Shown one piece after another: positions 1 to 11,869 of a stretch of 64,000 nucleotides of DNA. This DNA is from Harriotta raleighana (Eukaryota). Numbering within the stretch: the stretch's first letter is position 1; each line of letters begins with the position of its first letter. A program made the position numbers and the translations under genes. The stretch covers positions 3,635,744 to 3,699,743 of the forward strand of contig JBNZDD010013646.1 in the NCBI GenBank assembly GCA_050575255.1. Reading direction: 5' to 3'. Under the pieces are notes generated by a model. That model was not told the origin of the DNA, ran no database searches, and saw only the letters and a list, made by a program, of their open reading frames with translations.

Positions 1-569
1 ATGTGAATAGTGATAGTTATGTATATTTTTTGAGTTTCATTAACAGAGGATTTCATTGGGTAAATGTGCCACAAAAGAATCAGTGTTGAGTTGTCCATTG
101 AAAGACTAGATTGTGCAGGCAGCAAATGGGTATCTAGCATTGAATTCCTTTGAGGAAGATGAGGTGAATGTTGAGGCCAATGAGAAGGCAAAAGAAACCA
201 ATGAAAAGATCTGACATGAGGTGTGTCAGACAGTTGATACCATCTGGGAGAATCACCATCGGAGGTGACAAGATACAAAGCAGATGGCCAGACAAGCATT
301 TATATTAGGGGTGTCATCAGTAAGGTGTGGAGTGCAAGTCCTGTAAGGAAAGTAACATAAATAAAGCACTATATTGCTTTCCAGGGTGAAGGTAAAGGTT
401 ATAAAAGTATGGGCAAACAAAATATTAATGGCGGTGGGGGAGAGCGAGAGAGAGTTAACCAGTATGGTTTGACATGTGGTAAACATTGCTGAAGTTGTTT
501 TACCAGGGAGGACATGAATAACATAATAACATGACCCCCTAACAGCTAATAAACATTGTTAGAGCTTCA

Positions 570-750
570 AAAACATTCAGGAACTAACAAGTTGTCTGGG
601 ACAGATAACCTGTAACCCAGGATACTTAGGGAGGCAAAGCAAGAGATTTCTATAACAGCACTGAAACACATCATGAGGGAGTCAATTATGAGATTACAAC
701 AGATTGGAAACAACCAGAAGTTGTTTCCATATTCAGGAAGGATGACAAAG
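570..750 (+). mobile_element. CR1-type LINE ORF2 fragment (N-terminal RT region)
   Basis: Translates to TNKLSGTDNL*PRILREAKQEIS...DWKQPEVVSIFRKDDK, matching the CR1 KSPGPD.IHPR.L.E...DWK.A.V.PIFKKG motif; in-frame stop. Confidence 0.8.
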
Positions 751-2820
751 ATAACTACAACAACTTGCACTTATATAGCACCCTCCGTACTGGATAGGGG
801 TGAACCACTTTACAGTGGGGAAGCCTGACTCTGAGCCTGGGGTAAGGTGCCAGTAAGCATGGCCGAAGAGGAAGAGTTTCAGTGGGTACTCAAAAAATGG
901 AAGAATGGGACAAGGCAGAGGGATTGAGGAGAGTGTTCCAAAGTTTTGGGGCTAGTGGCTAAAAGAGTGATTAGGACCTGAGGAAGCCGGGAATGTAGTG
1001 AGGTGCCAGAGAGTGAAAGAATTTGAACACGAGTCTGAGGATCTCAAAGTCAATCTATTTGGTAATGGGAAGTCAGTGGAGGCTGGCCAGAACTGGTGAT
1101 ATGTGGGTATAGAGTTTGGACCAGGTAAATATGTGGCGACAGAATTCTGAATGAGTTTGATCTTTTTATTAGTTGAGCTGGGGAGACTCGCAAAGAGTGC
1201 ATTTGAGTAATCCAGGCGGGAGGTGATAAACGCACGCATAAGGTTTTCAGCTGCATTTTGAGTCTAAGGTACGGTTGGAGGTGGGCAATATGGTACAGGG
1301 GAAAGAAAGTGATCCTGGTCAGAGGGAGGAAGGACAGCTGGGTTTCAAACTGGATGATTAGATTGCACACTGGTTCGGTGAGTCTGAAGGAGAGCCCAGG
1401 GAGGTTGAGGAGTTGAGATGCGTGGGCGTGAAGATGTTGACGGGAGCCAAGAATCATGTTTTCTGGCTTGTCCACATTTAGCTCCAGGAAGTTCGTATTC
1501 CTCCAGACCCTTATGTCTGGCAGACAAGCTGATAGCACATCGGCAGTCCTGGAGTTGGCACAGGAGGAGGCAAATAGATTTCTGTGTCATTTGCATACAT
1601 ATGGAAGTTTATCCCATGGCTGTAGATGACATCACCCAGAGGGAGCTTATAGATAAGGAAAAGAGAGGGGCCAAGAATGGAGCCTTAGGGTACCCCGCAG
1701 TCAGTTATAATACAGGAGTGGGAGGAAAAATAGTTTGCTGAAATGAAATGAAGGCGGTTAGTTAAATAGGACTTGAATCAAGTGAGAGCGGAACCACTAA
1801 GGTGCATGAGGGAGGACCAGTGGTGGAGGAGGATGGCATGGTCGACTGCATCGAACATGGCAGAGAGATACAGGTGGACCAGGAGGCAGAGGGAGCCTTG
1901 GTCATAGATAGAAAGGACATTGTTTCTGACTATGACAAGTGCTATCAAATGAAACGATTATCATTATTATCATTATTATTGTCATTATCTCTGTGCTGTA
2001 GGCGGGGTGAAAACTAGATTGCAGAAGTCAAGGAGGGAGAGGTGCGAACAAAGTTGACCAACAAGACATTCCAGGACTTTGGCAAGGAAGTGTAGGTTGG
2101 AAATGGGATAGATTAATGGAATTGAGGTTTTCAAGGAGAGTGGAACAGAGGCCTGAAGCGAGAGACTGGTTTATTGTGTTGGCCAGTAGTGGGAAGGGAA
2201 GGAAGAGTTGAGTAACCAGCAGCTAGGAGAGGAGGGAGTCAAGGTAGTAGGTGATAAACTTCATCCGGATGATTGTGGTTGTGAGAGAAGAGGGAGAAAT
2301 GGGGCAAAAGAATGTAAAGAGAGGGCTAATGAAGAGGTGTGGCAGAGGGAAAAAATTGGGTGGATGATCTGGGTTGAGTGGTCTGGATGGAGTCGAAGGG
2401 GACTTGGGGGCAGGCTAGGTGGATGATGCAGCCAAGTGGATGTTTTCATCATTGAAGCGAAGAAGTCTAGAACCATTTCAAACTTGGCGTTTGATGTGAG
2501 GATAGAGGGGACTTGAGTGGGTGCAAGGAAGAGGTGATAGACGGTGGAAAACAGCATCTTTGGGTTGATTTTGACTTCCAGGATGACTTTGCAGTAAAAG
2601 TTAGTTTGGGCCTGTGAAAGGGAGATGTGGTAGTTGTAGAGGTGCTCAAGCCACAACTGACAGTGAATAGTAGATTTCTGCCATCTGAACTCAAGCGTCC
2701 AGGTTTGTGTTTTGAGTGACCAGAGATGACTGTGGTATCGGGGAATCAGATGAATTTGGAAACAATCCTGGGTTTCAGGGGACCAAGGAATTGAAGATTG
2801 TGGAGAGACTGTCGTTCACC
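751..2820 (-). mobile_element. L2 LINE, 5'-truncated and degenerate (about 2 kb)
   Basis: Minus-strand ORFs with L2 motifs ([46 protein letters not shown]); 3' tail GCTATATAAGTGCAAGTTGTTG at about 757-779 on the minus strand. Confidence 0.92.
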
Positions 2821-2839
2821 GGCTTGATCATGTCATACA

Positions 2840-3185
2840 AGAGTGGACCTCATAGATAGAAAAATTTAAATGGGATTGAAAAAGTAAACCCAGATCAATA
2901 ATAATAATAATACTAAATGAATATAACATGTATGATTATAATGATAGTAGAAAAAGAGGGCTTCAGTTTAGAGTTGTAAAGGGTGATTTCAGGACAGATC
3001 CTAGAAAATGTTTCTTTACACATAGGATACTCAGTGACTGGGACAGATTGTCAAGGAATACGGTAAAGACCAGGATACATTTGAAAAGCAGCTTGACTCA
3101 TGATGAGGGGACAATATGAAGGGCTTTCAGAAGACTCAAAAGACCTTCTTTATCTGAAACAATCATGTGATATTGTATGTGATCT
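2840..3185 (+). mobile_element. CR1 LINE 3' end
   Basis: ORF 2928-3119 RGLQFRVVKGDFRTDPRKCFFTHRILSDWDRL is the CR1 ORF2 C-terminus (RGH..K....R..FF..RV...WN.L), followed by a 3' UTR. Confidence 0.85.
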
Positions 3186-6100
3186 TGAATCTGAATTCTT
3201 TATTTCTCCATACTATTCTATGCTGGAGCCATTGTGAGACAGTTCTCAGTTGCTAAAACAAGTTCAAGGGAATAGGTTTAGAACAATTAGTTTTTTAACT
3301 GACTGCCGTAATGATGTTAGGAATGTGATCTGATGCAAGTCAAGGCTTGAACTATTATCATTAGCGTATACACACTGTGATCTACATACAGTATTGTGGT
3401 AATTATCAATGAAACAAAAGCCTTTTCAGAATTTTTCATGAAGTCTGGTTCTGCTTAAACCCGTGAAGTTATGTGAAGAAGATTCATTTCCAGAATCTCA
3501 CACTCACTGGTCTGAACTTTATTTGTATTATTTTATTTGCACATGAATCAGTGCAGAGCAGCAGAATACAAAAATCATAAAATGCATTGAACATAACGTA
3601 GGATCATAATATTCGATGTAAATTACTTTAATTCATTCCTAGCATGTGCTCATGTCAGTGCAATGTGATCAAGAGTGAGATAAGGATAAAATGGATTCCA
3701 TGTACAAAATTTAAAGTGACTTCAGTCTCCTGGTTATGGAATTAAAAAGAATAAACAACTAGAAAACATAGTTAAAAGCTATTGGAAATCCATTGATGCC
3801 CTGAGTGTTCAAGTGAATTTCTTTCGCAATTAGTTTTTAATTGAAAATAACAGCTTGGGAATGTTGCATTTATCCCTGCAAGGTGATAGTATTGATATTG
3901 TAGAGCCAGTGAAGGTAGACCACAGCTAAATCAATAAATTCAACATTGCTGCTAGATCCTGCATCATACCAATTTTATCCTCAGACCTCCTTAGCAACCA
4001 GCCACAATATCCTACAATATTATAAATGTGCAGATCAACATACACCTCATGGTTTGCACCCAACTGAATGCCTTGCTTCAAGAGATCTTGCAAGAATATT
4101 TCTAAGTGCTAAGAATATTTAGTGCTTAAACATCAGCTGGTATCTCCCTGTCAGCATAAACATCTTATAGTAGTTTTCTGCTATGCAGCATGTTTTACAA
4201 AAATATTTCCGTTCCGATGTTGACTGAGAATTTAATTGCAAAGAATTTATAATTAATGTTGACCAGGAAAATGCAAGCATTTATCTGCTGAAAATTTCCA
4301 TTTGTCGAGACACTGTTCCCAAAGATAAAAGCTGATTAAGCTAAGGGTATTTATAAAATAAATATTTGAAATATTGGCGAACAATGAAAACTAGAATTCA
4401 TTTATGTACAAGGCAGTGAGTGAGTACTGCTGACCTGGAAGTAAATGACGCCAAGATCCTGAGGCAATGATGTCAAGACAAGTAACACATTTTCCAATTC
4501 CAATTGCATTATTTGACCATATGTAGCAATGATGCATGTTTGCAGATATTGAAAATAATACGTTCTTTCTGATTTTTTTCCCATTGTGAATTTTCCACAA
4601 AATAGAATACTTAAACTGATGTGGCAGAACCAATACTTTGATTTTATAATTAGTGTTGGAAAAATAATGTGCATTGTCTTGTGAACATATCATTACCCCT
4701 TCATTCCTTGAGGAACAGGTCTAATTGCACAGTGAATTTGGTTGCTGCAACTTTCTACTTTTTAAACTTTCATCATACTGTTTTTATAATGACTTTTGCG
4801 TAGTCTGGGGTTTGATTAGAATTTCATCTAGCTGACAGGCAGAGTGTGAAAAATTCCCTCTACCCCTGCTAATAAGGTCTGCCACTACATTGGCATTTTC
4901 AATTTAATTTAATGAGGGGGAAAAGTTAATAATGTATGACTTTGTATTATATACACTATTAGATCTTGTGAAGGACTATGGTAAATGCAACACATCCAAT
5001 TCTGACAAATCAAGCACTCGCCTCACTTTTCTTAGGCTACATGCACTGCTTTGAACAAAAATGTCTATCTGAAGAAATATTTTGCTGCATTAGTTTTATT
5101 TTCTGCATACACTATACACAATTAAGTTGCAAACTTGGTAGACCATCCAAATTCAAGCAAAACCATGGGATGTGCTAACATCTGCATGTTGCATTTCATT
5201 CCAGCTCAGACATGCAGCCAACTCCAGCCTGCCAGATGTTGCAAATTGTCCTGCTGCAACAAAAAAGCACCGAAATTACATTTATAGAGAGCCCTTCACG
5301 TCGGGAGGTTGCAAATGCTACAGTTACACAGCAGAGCAAACTTGAGTCTGATTTCTCAGATATGGGAGAGGAAATTCTCATTTGTTCTTATATACAGAAT
5401 ACTTAAATATTTCCCTAATTAGTTTTGATTTGCCATTTGGAATTTCCCCTCCTATTTACTGTTCTTCACATGTATGCACAATTGTAAATTTAATACAGTG
5501 ATCTTAAGGTGAAAACCACCTGAGATTTCAGGCCTCAAAGAGAGCAAAGCAACAAATAAATACAGTTTCTCCCATGCAATTGGATTAAACCCTGTTAGGG
5601 TCACACGTATGCTTTAATTAAAGATTTGACGTAAATAATACAGGTATTGTTTGAGTTGTTTTCAAGTGACACTAAGATGTAATCAACCAAAATATATTCA
5701 TCATTATCCACAGTAAATTAAAGCTACAGTTGTATCGTGTGGATAAATATATAGTCTAAAATACCATAGTTAATTATTTCAATTGCTGTCAACTTGCACA
5801 GCCATGAAGTACAATCAATTACCAATACATGGAAACTTGACTGCAATGTACAGTATTACAATATACTATTGACCTATCACTTCTCTGCAGTGCACAGAAA
5901 GTGCCTGCAGTGATCAGTTTGAAATAATTGTACCTTTTATTGTGCATATTTTCCTAAATATAAAAATTGTTTCTATTTATTCAGTTAGATCTGCACAATC
6001 ATGAAGTACTTTGGGGTTCAGAATATGCCAATTGCAAACTGAAGTAGTTGTGTTAATTGGAAGTTTGGTTTGCTAATCACAATTTTGAAATTCAAAATGT

Positions 6101-7319
6101 CAAAACAAATGCTAGTTATTTCCTTTCTGGATTTTGATGGGCTTGGAGAAGATCAGATAAAAGTGTGGAGGACAAACTAAGGGCCTTTTTCTGTCCATTG
6201 CTGCTATTTGAGATTAAAAGTCTGATGTTGGTTTTGAAACCCAAATTGGAAATTGCAAATGAACCAAATGATATAATTTTCAAATATTGCTTTTTGGGCC
6301 CTTATTTGAATCTCAAATAATTTCTGTTAAGTTCAAGTAGTACAATGCAGAAGAATAATTCTCCATCTTGCAAGCTTGGGTGTCAATCAGTTAAGATTAT
6401 TCTCCTTTAGCGGAGGTAAATGGGTATCTAATGGCTGAGTGAACTCAAGAGTGACATGCTTGGCAATGATATATCAATATTTAGACTACTACCTTCTACA
6501 GCGTTTAAAAAAATTTGGTTCCTGAGTTGGGTAGGTCCAGGATACTGCTGATAACTGACCAGCCAGATACTGCTGATAACTGGCCAGTGATATATTATCA
6601 CCCAGAATCAACCCCCCCATTGCATGATTATTTATTAAGTAATTCCTTATAAAGACATGCCACAAATTACAGTGCAATCACATTAAACTTCTTTGTAGGG
6701 TACAGCTGAGTTGAACATCAAATTGTCTTAGATTTGCTTGCATTTGATAGAAAGATTAAGGGAGATGGCTTTAAAAGGAAAGTGAATGTCACAACCTGTG
6801 AATAAGGGCTGATTTCCCCACTTTCAGCCGCTGATACGCTGCAGCTATTTTCACACTGATAAATGCCTTCAATTTATGTCCAAGAAAGAATAGGCAATTT
6901 GCAGTTGGCAGCTTAACATATCTTCAGCTCTAAGTTAAGATATCTAATCAGAAGCCAGTTGGAATTTGTTGGAATTATTCTAATTTACCACCTTAACAAA
7001 ATATATATTAATGTATGCTGATAAATAATGACATATGCTAATGATCACAGGCACCATTCATTGAAGTGGGAGAGGGAAAGAAAAACATGAAATCCCAAAC
7101 GAGAGAGTGGATCTCACATTTCTCGAGAATATGGCCTATTTTCCATATAGAGTAATGAAAAGATGCTCTCTTCGAGATGCTCTTTTCGAGATGCAATCAA
7201 CACTAGTTGTTGGAAAAAATTGTACACCAACATATGGACCAAGATGATGAAAACAATCAATGGATGTCCAACAACTGTCAACTGCAAAAATCCTCAAGAC
7301 GTTTGACTCCAAATTTCAT

Positions 7320-7450
7320 GTGACTCTTCAATGAAGTGTCACTCTCAAAATATTTCCTTGCCTTTCTCTTTCAGCCGTTGATTGACACTATTTTCTTCCA
7401 ACAGTTTCTCCTTTCATTTCAGATTTCCAACACCGTTTATGATTTTTTGG
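7320..7450 (+). mobile_element. Highly decayed Penelope-like terminal repeat
   Basis: TTCATTTCAGATTTCCAACACC end and an eroded ATGAAGTGTC...AAAATATT core resemble the better copies at 9.4, 43.9 and 58.7 kb. Confidence 0.45.
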
Positions 7451-7894
7451 GGGGCTTTTTATTTCTAAGGTCCAAAGCACACCAAGGAGGATCAGTCTCA
7501 TCAGAAAAGCACTCAAGTGGTGCAAAGAAATAGCAGCTCCCAAGAGAGAAAACTTCATCCCTGGAGTCACAGCAGCCTGGCAAGTGTAAAATATTAATAT
7601 CACCAAGCAATATCCTAGTAGAGTAATAGTATGAATTTTGCTTTAACCAATGTGCCATTATAATTCTGTAAAGCATTAACATGAGAATTTCCTAACCATT
7701 ACTAACTGGACTACACCTGCTTTCAGGATACTGTAGGAATCTGTCCTATTTCTAATATGTATACTTACATTGTACGTTCTACTTATTTTCTCCATGGATG
7801 AGTCATTTACATTTATCTTTACTGCTTCTATTCCTAAGGGCACAACCATTTGTGTACAGCGTTAATTTAATGAATGAATCCACGGACGAGTGAA

Positions 7895-8140
7895 AAATAA
7901 TAATAATCCTTGTATTTGAATTAGTGCCTTATCACATCATTAAGATGTCTCATCGCACTTCACCGAATATACTGTTACGTGAATTGACTTCACTGTATAT
8001 CCCTTGGATGAAACGGGGCAGGCAATTGTACACAGCAGTGCCCCACAAACAGTCAGAGATTGAACGATCGTGAGGTTTCGATTTAAAATGGAATTTGAAA
8101 GCAATGTGAATCCTTTGAACTGGCATAAATACCACCTAAC
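7895..8140 (-). mobile_element. DeuSINE-type SINE, 3' part
   Basis: (AAT)n + CCTTGTATTTGA tail and CACAGCAGTGCCCCACAAACAG Deu-domain motif in reverse orientation. Confidence 0.8.
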
Positions 8141-8149
8141 ACTCTTTGG

Positions 8150-8283
8150 AAAGCTAAAGATCTTTCTCTTCGACCACTCCTTTGGTCACCTTTCTACCCC
8201 TGACTCTGTCCCGGGATTGTGAAGCTCTCTGAGATGCTGTCCGGTGTGGAGAGCACTATATAAATCAAAGTTGTTGTTGTTGG
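8150..8283 (+). mobile_element. L2 3' tail fragment
   Basis: CTCTTCGACCACTCCTTTGGTCACC...GCACTATATAAATCAAAG(TTG)n, matching the 3' ends of the L2 copies at 42.0 and 58.7 kb. Confidence 0.8.
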
Positions 8284-9079
8284 AATTGGTGAGCTATTTT
8301 CTGTTGTATGTTGGCACCAATGGCATTAAATTGAAGTATTTCCTTGTTTTCATTTGTGTGTGTATTGTAATCTGGTACTTTGTGAAGCAGGCTACTGTAC
8401 AGAATTAACATTAAATCTATGGCTTAGGATAGTTTTAGATGGTACAGTGAAGTATACAGCGAATGGTTATTTTGTCTCTCTCCCAGCTAATCGCTGTCCC
8501 CTATGTTAACCCTACGGCAATTGTGAGTAAACTAATGGTCAGAGGGCAGTAACTGGTGACAAGAGACCGTGTAAAGTTATTCTGACCAATATCCAGAGAC
8601 CCACAAATGCATTTGGAACTGAACCATTGGCGTTCTCTCTACATATGCGATATAATTTAATTTAATGCTGTTGGCAAAGTTAATTCACTCTGCTGATAAA
8701 CAGGATATCAGAACAGGTGTAAATTAAGAAATTAATTCCAAACAAGCAGAGATGATATGATGCACTCTGTGTCACAAAGTTAACCTGAAGAGGCAAAAGC
8801 TCCAAAGTGTTGATTCTCAAGGCAAGTGCCCCTGCCCTTGCAGGAAATACATACACATTAGTTGTAGCACAGAAGTAAATGGATGTTGATTGATAGCATA
8901 GTTTAAAACAGTTTAATAGATTCAAACTAATTCAAAATCTTTAATATTTTTGCCTTTATGTATAAAAATAATGAAAGTAGGATAGTGCTTGGTTACTAGG
9001 CAAGTGATAACCCTAAACAGATTTGAAAATACTGCACCTGACTGTCGAATTAATAGCAAATCTCACTAGTAACCATCAT

Positions 9080-9378
9080 GGCATCCTGGAGCTTAGTGGT
9101 TAGAGCACCTGTCTTACAAGCGTGAGACTTGTGTTCGAATCCAGGCGGGTCAGGGAGAAAACTTGGGCAAGTTTCTATACTCCATAATAATCCTCAAAAA
9201 AAACAATAATAAATTGGTCATTTCAATCCACGACTGTTGTGGGACACTGCTGTGCGTTTTGACCACAATTATAGTCTATTCACTTTACAATATATTCAGT
9301 GAAGCGCTTTGAAATGTCTAGATGATGTGAAAAGTGCTATATCAAATGCAAGGATTATTTATTACTGTATTATTATTA
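9080..9378 (+). mobile_element. tRNA-derived SINE, near full length (partial Deu domain, L2-type tail)
   Basis: Box A AGCTTAGTGGTTAGAGC, box B GTTCGAATCC, body GGGACACTGCTGTGCG, tail AAAGTGCTATATCAAATGCAAGGA(TTA)n; several similar copies in the window. Confidence 0.92.
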
Positions 9379-9429
9379 TGGTGACACGCTGACACAATTA
9401 GAAATAGAGTGCATTTTGTATTTTAAAAG

Positions 9430-9550
9430 CCTCTCCCTCCCAGTTCTGATGAAGAGTTGTGGACCCGAAACATTAACTCACTTTTCCTTTCTCCATACAT
9501 GTTGCCTGATCTTTTGAGTGTTCCCAGCGACTTCTGTTTTTGTTTTGGAA
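9430..9550 (+). mobile_element. Penelope-like terminal repeat with decayed hammerhead core
   Basis: AGTT-CTGATGA-A-GAGTTGTGGACCC-GAAA-CATT-AACT, then TTTCTCCATACATGTTGCCTGA...TTCTGTTTTTG; similar copies at 43.9 and 58.7 kb. Confidence 0.75.
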
Positions 9551-10739
9551 ATAGATTGCGTTGAGCAGAGTAAATGGTCCATGGAAGTATAAAGGGAATG
9601 AAGGAAAGAACTTGGGATATCCTTTGGCTATGGTAGGAGTGGCTATTAGAAACCTGGAGTTTCTATTTCCAAATCTATTTCTAGGTATCGTATTTTAGAC
9701 CTCTTCCTCTTTATTTCTGATCTGATGTACAACATGGTATCAGTATAAAATTGAAAAATACACAGCAAACTGAGCTCATAAACAGTTAACGCACTGATTT
9801 ACAGTACCCTTAGATGTGGTGAATTATGCTTTTCATATAGCAAGTTCCTAATCTCCATAAGAGATGTGCAGAGATGGAAGGTTTCCTTCCTGTTTGAAAG
9901 GAAAATAATCAGAAGAGAAAGTATACAAGATGTTCATCACAAGCAACATGCCATTGATGGAAAGGGATGGAAAGTAAATTGCTACTCACCCGTTTTATTA
10001 GGTAAGCTGTGGGAGAAGCCAATGTGGGAAAGAAATGACAAGTGTATGAAAACGGGCAAAAAGCTGAATAAAATAGTAAACATAACTATTGTGATGAGGG
10101 TGCTGATAAGCTGTGCCAGCATGTGTTGAATTTTAACTGGGAGTCACACTGAAACACGATCTAGAAGTTATGGCTTAAGGCATATGCTTTTCCCAGTTCT
10201 ACCAGTAACCATCCCTCATTAGCAGTTCATAATTCCATTTTAGTATGTAGGACACGATGATATGAAATTTAAAAAGAATCAATGGCTCAGGGCTCATGAA
10301 TGATGAAATTGTTAAAGTTACCGTTCCATCAAAGAGGTTTTACAGTGGTAGAAGTAGTGTCGGTGGTGAAAAAGTACACACATGGTTTGAGGAAATATGC
10401 AGTGTTACAGATAACAAGACAACAAAACAGATTGTGATTCTTGGCAACTAATATATATATAGGAACATTTGGTTCCTGCTAGTCTGATGCACCAAGCATT
10501 ATTCATTATGAGAGCATGAAAAAAAACCTCTCTGGTTTTGTCTGAACCACTCCCTTGTTTGTCTACAATTCAGAAATGGAGGTACTGAGAAAAAAGCATC
10601 AAATCGCAAGTGGATAAGAGTGGAGAATAAGGATGTTTAATTGTGCTATCTGAAGTGTGGAGCTCTATCTATAACTGTTGTTTATTAAAGAGTAGAAACA
10701 CCAGAGATTTCCTAGAACAAATAATAAAAATCCTGCATT

Positions 10740-11125
10740 CCATGCGGGGGCAAAATGTTAGGCGTGTTTCCCAACTCCACATGCCTCAGTTTACCTAGAA
10801 GTAAGTAGCAACATGGTTGTTTGTTCGATTGGTGGATCGCTTTCTGGGGATAATAATCCCTCTCCCCAAAAAATATGGTTACTCAATCCACAACTGGTTG
10901 TGGAACACTATTGTGTACAATTGGCTGCCACATTTCATCCACAAAAACCTAGTCAATCCACTTTACAATACATTCTTGAAGCACTTTGAGACATTTATTT
11001 TGTGGGTGAAATGTTGCAGGCAGTTGCGCACAGCAGTGTTCCACAAATAACCATGGAGTGAGTGCTTGATTTCATTTGGAGGAATTCTGGCCAGGACACC
11101 AGGTGACACTCGCTTGTTTACATAA
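10740..11125. mobile_element. SINE fragment (+) fused to an inverted Deu-domain fragment (-)
   Basis: GTGGAACACTATTGTGTACAATTGGCTGCC on + near 10900 and its approximate reverse complement at about 11000-11060. Confidence 0.75.
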
Positions 11126-11629
11126 GTTTTCGAACAATAGAAATCAGCAGAACAGAAGAGGCAAATTCCAGCATCTGTAGTATTTTGCATTTTGTTTAGC
11201 ACAGAAGTGGCCGGTGGCCTGTGCTTTCAGTCCCATTAATTTGCCTTTTTCCCATAGCCCTGTATTTTATGAAGCACCTTGAGACATTCTCAACAAAATA
11301 CATGCTGAATCAAAGTTAAGCGTTATTATATTAAAAGTCAAAAATCAATAGCTCTCTGCTTCTTCTGCTTGGCACTTTAGGATTCCTATGGTTCAGTGCA
11401 GTTGGCAGAATTCTTGCCTCTGGCTTATAAAATGGGCCAATCGAAAAGTGTGGATGTATTCGCTCCAAATTGGAGGGAGATTTACGATTCCTATGGAAAA
11501 TTGCAGAGGAATTTTTTTTTAAACAAATTTTGCATTAAATGGCGGGGAGTTGATTGGTTCTATTGAGGTACATTTTACTGCCAACCTGCATTTATTCACT
11601 TTATTGATAAAAACTATAAACTATAAAAA

Positions 11630-11845
11630 TCTGGAATTCTCTCCCCCAAAAGATCATGGATGCTGGATCCATCCACACCTTCAAGAGTGAGGTTGATAAA
11701 TTTTTGGTAGGTGAGGGTATTAAAGGGTATGGGAAGAAAGCAAGAAATTGAAATTGAAAGGATTAGCAGAAGTACACATCGGTCTTGATCTAATGAAATG
11801 GTGGAACAGGCTCAAAGGGCTGAATGACCATTTCTGTTCCTAGGT
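11630..11845 (+). mobile_element. CR1 3' end
   Basis: TGGAATTCTCTCCCCCAAAAG (WNSLP), TTCAAGAGTGAGGTTGATAAA (FKSEVDK) and 3' UTR GGTGGAACAGGCTCAAAGGGCTGAATG. Confidence 0.85.
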
Positions 11846-11869
11846 ACTGTTGTTCATATAAACATGACC

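Noticed and set aside
130-480. Purine-rich stretch possibly from an old L2 endonuclease region
   Set aside because: Only a faint LNIHL-like motif on the minus strand; insufficient to call.
3640-3740. GACTTCAGTCTCCTGG resembling the LF-SINE 3' end
   Set aside because: The match is about 15 bp with no convincing collinear flanks.
6541-6590. Short tandem duplications, also at 7162-7194 and 60504-60541
   Set aside because: Two-copy slippage products of 14-25 bp, expected at this frequency.
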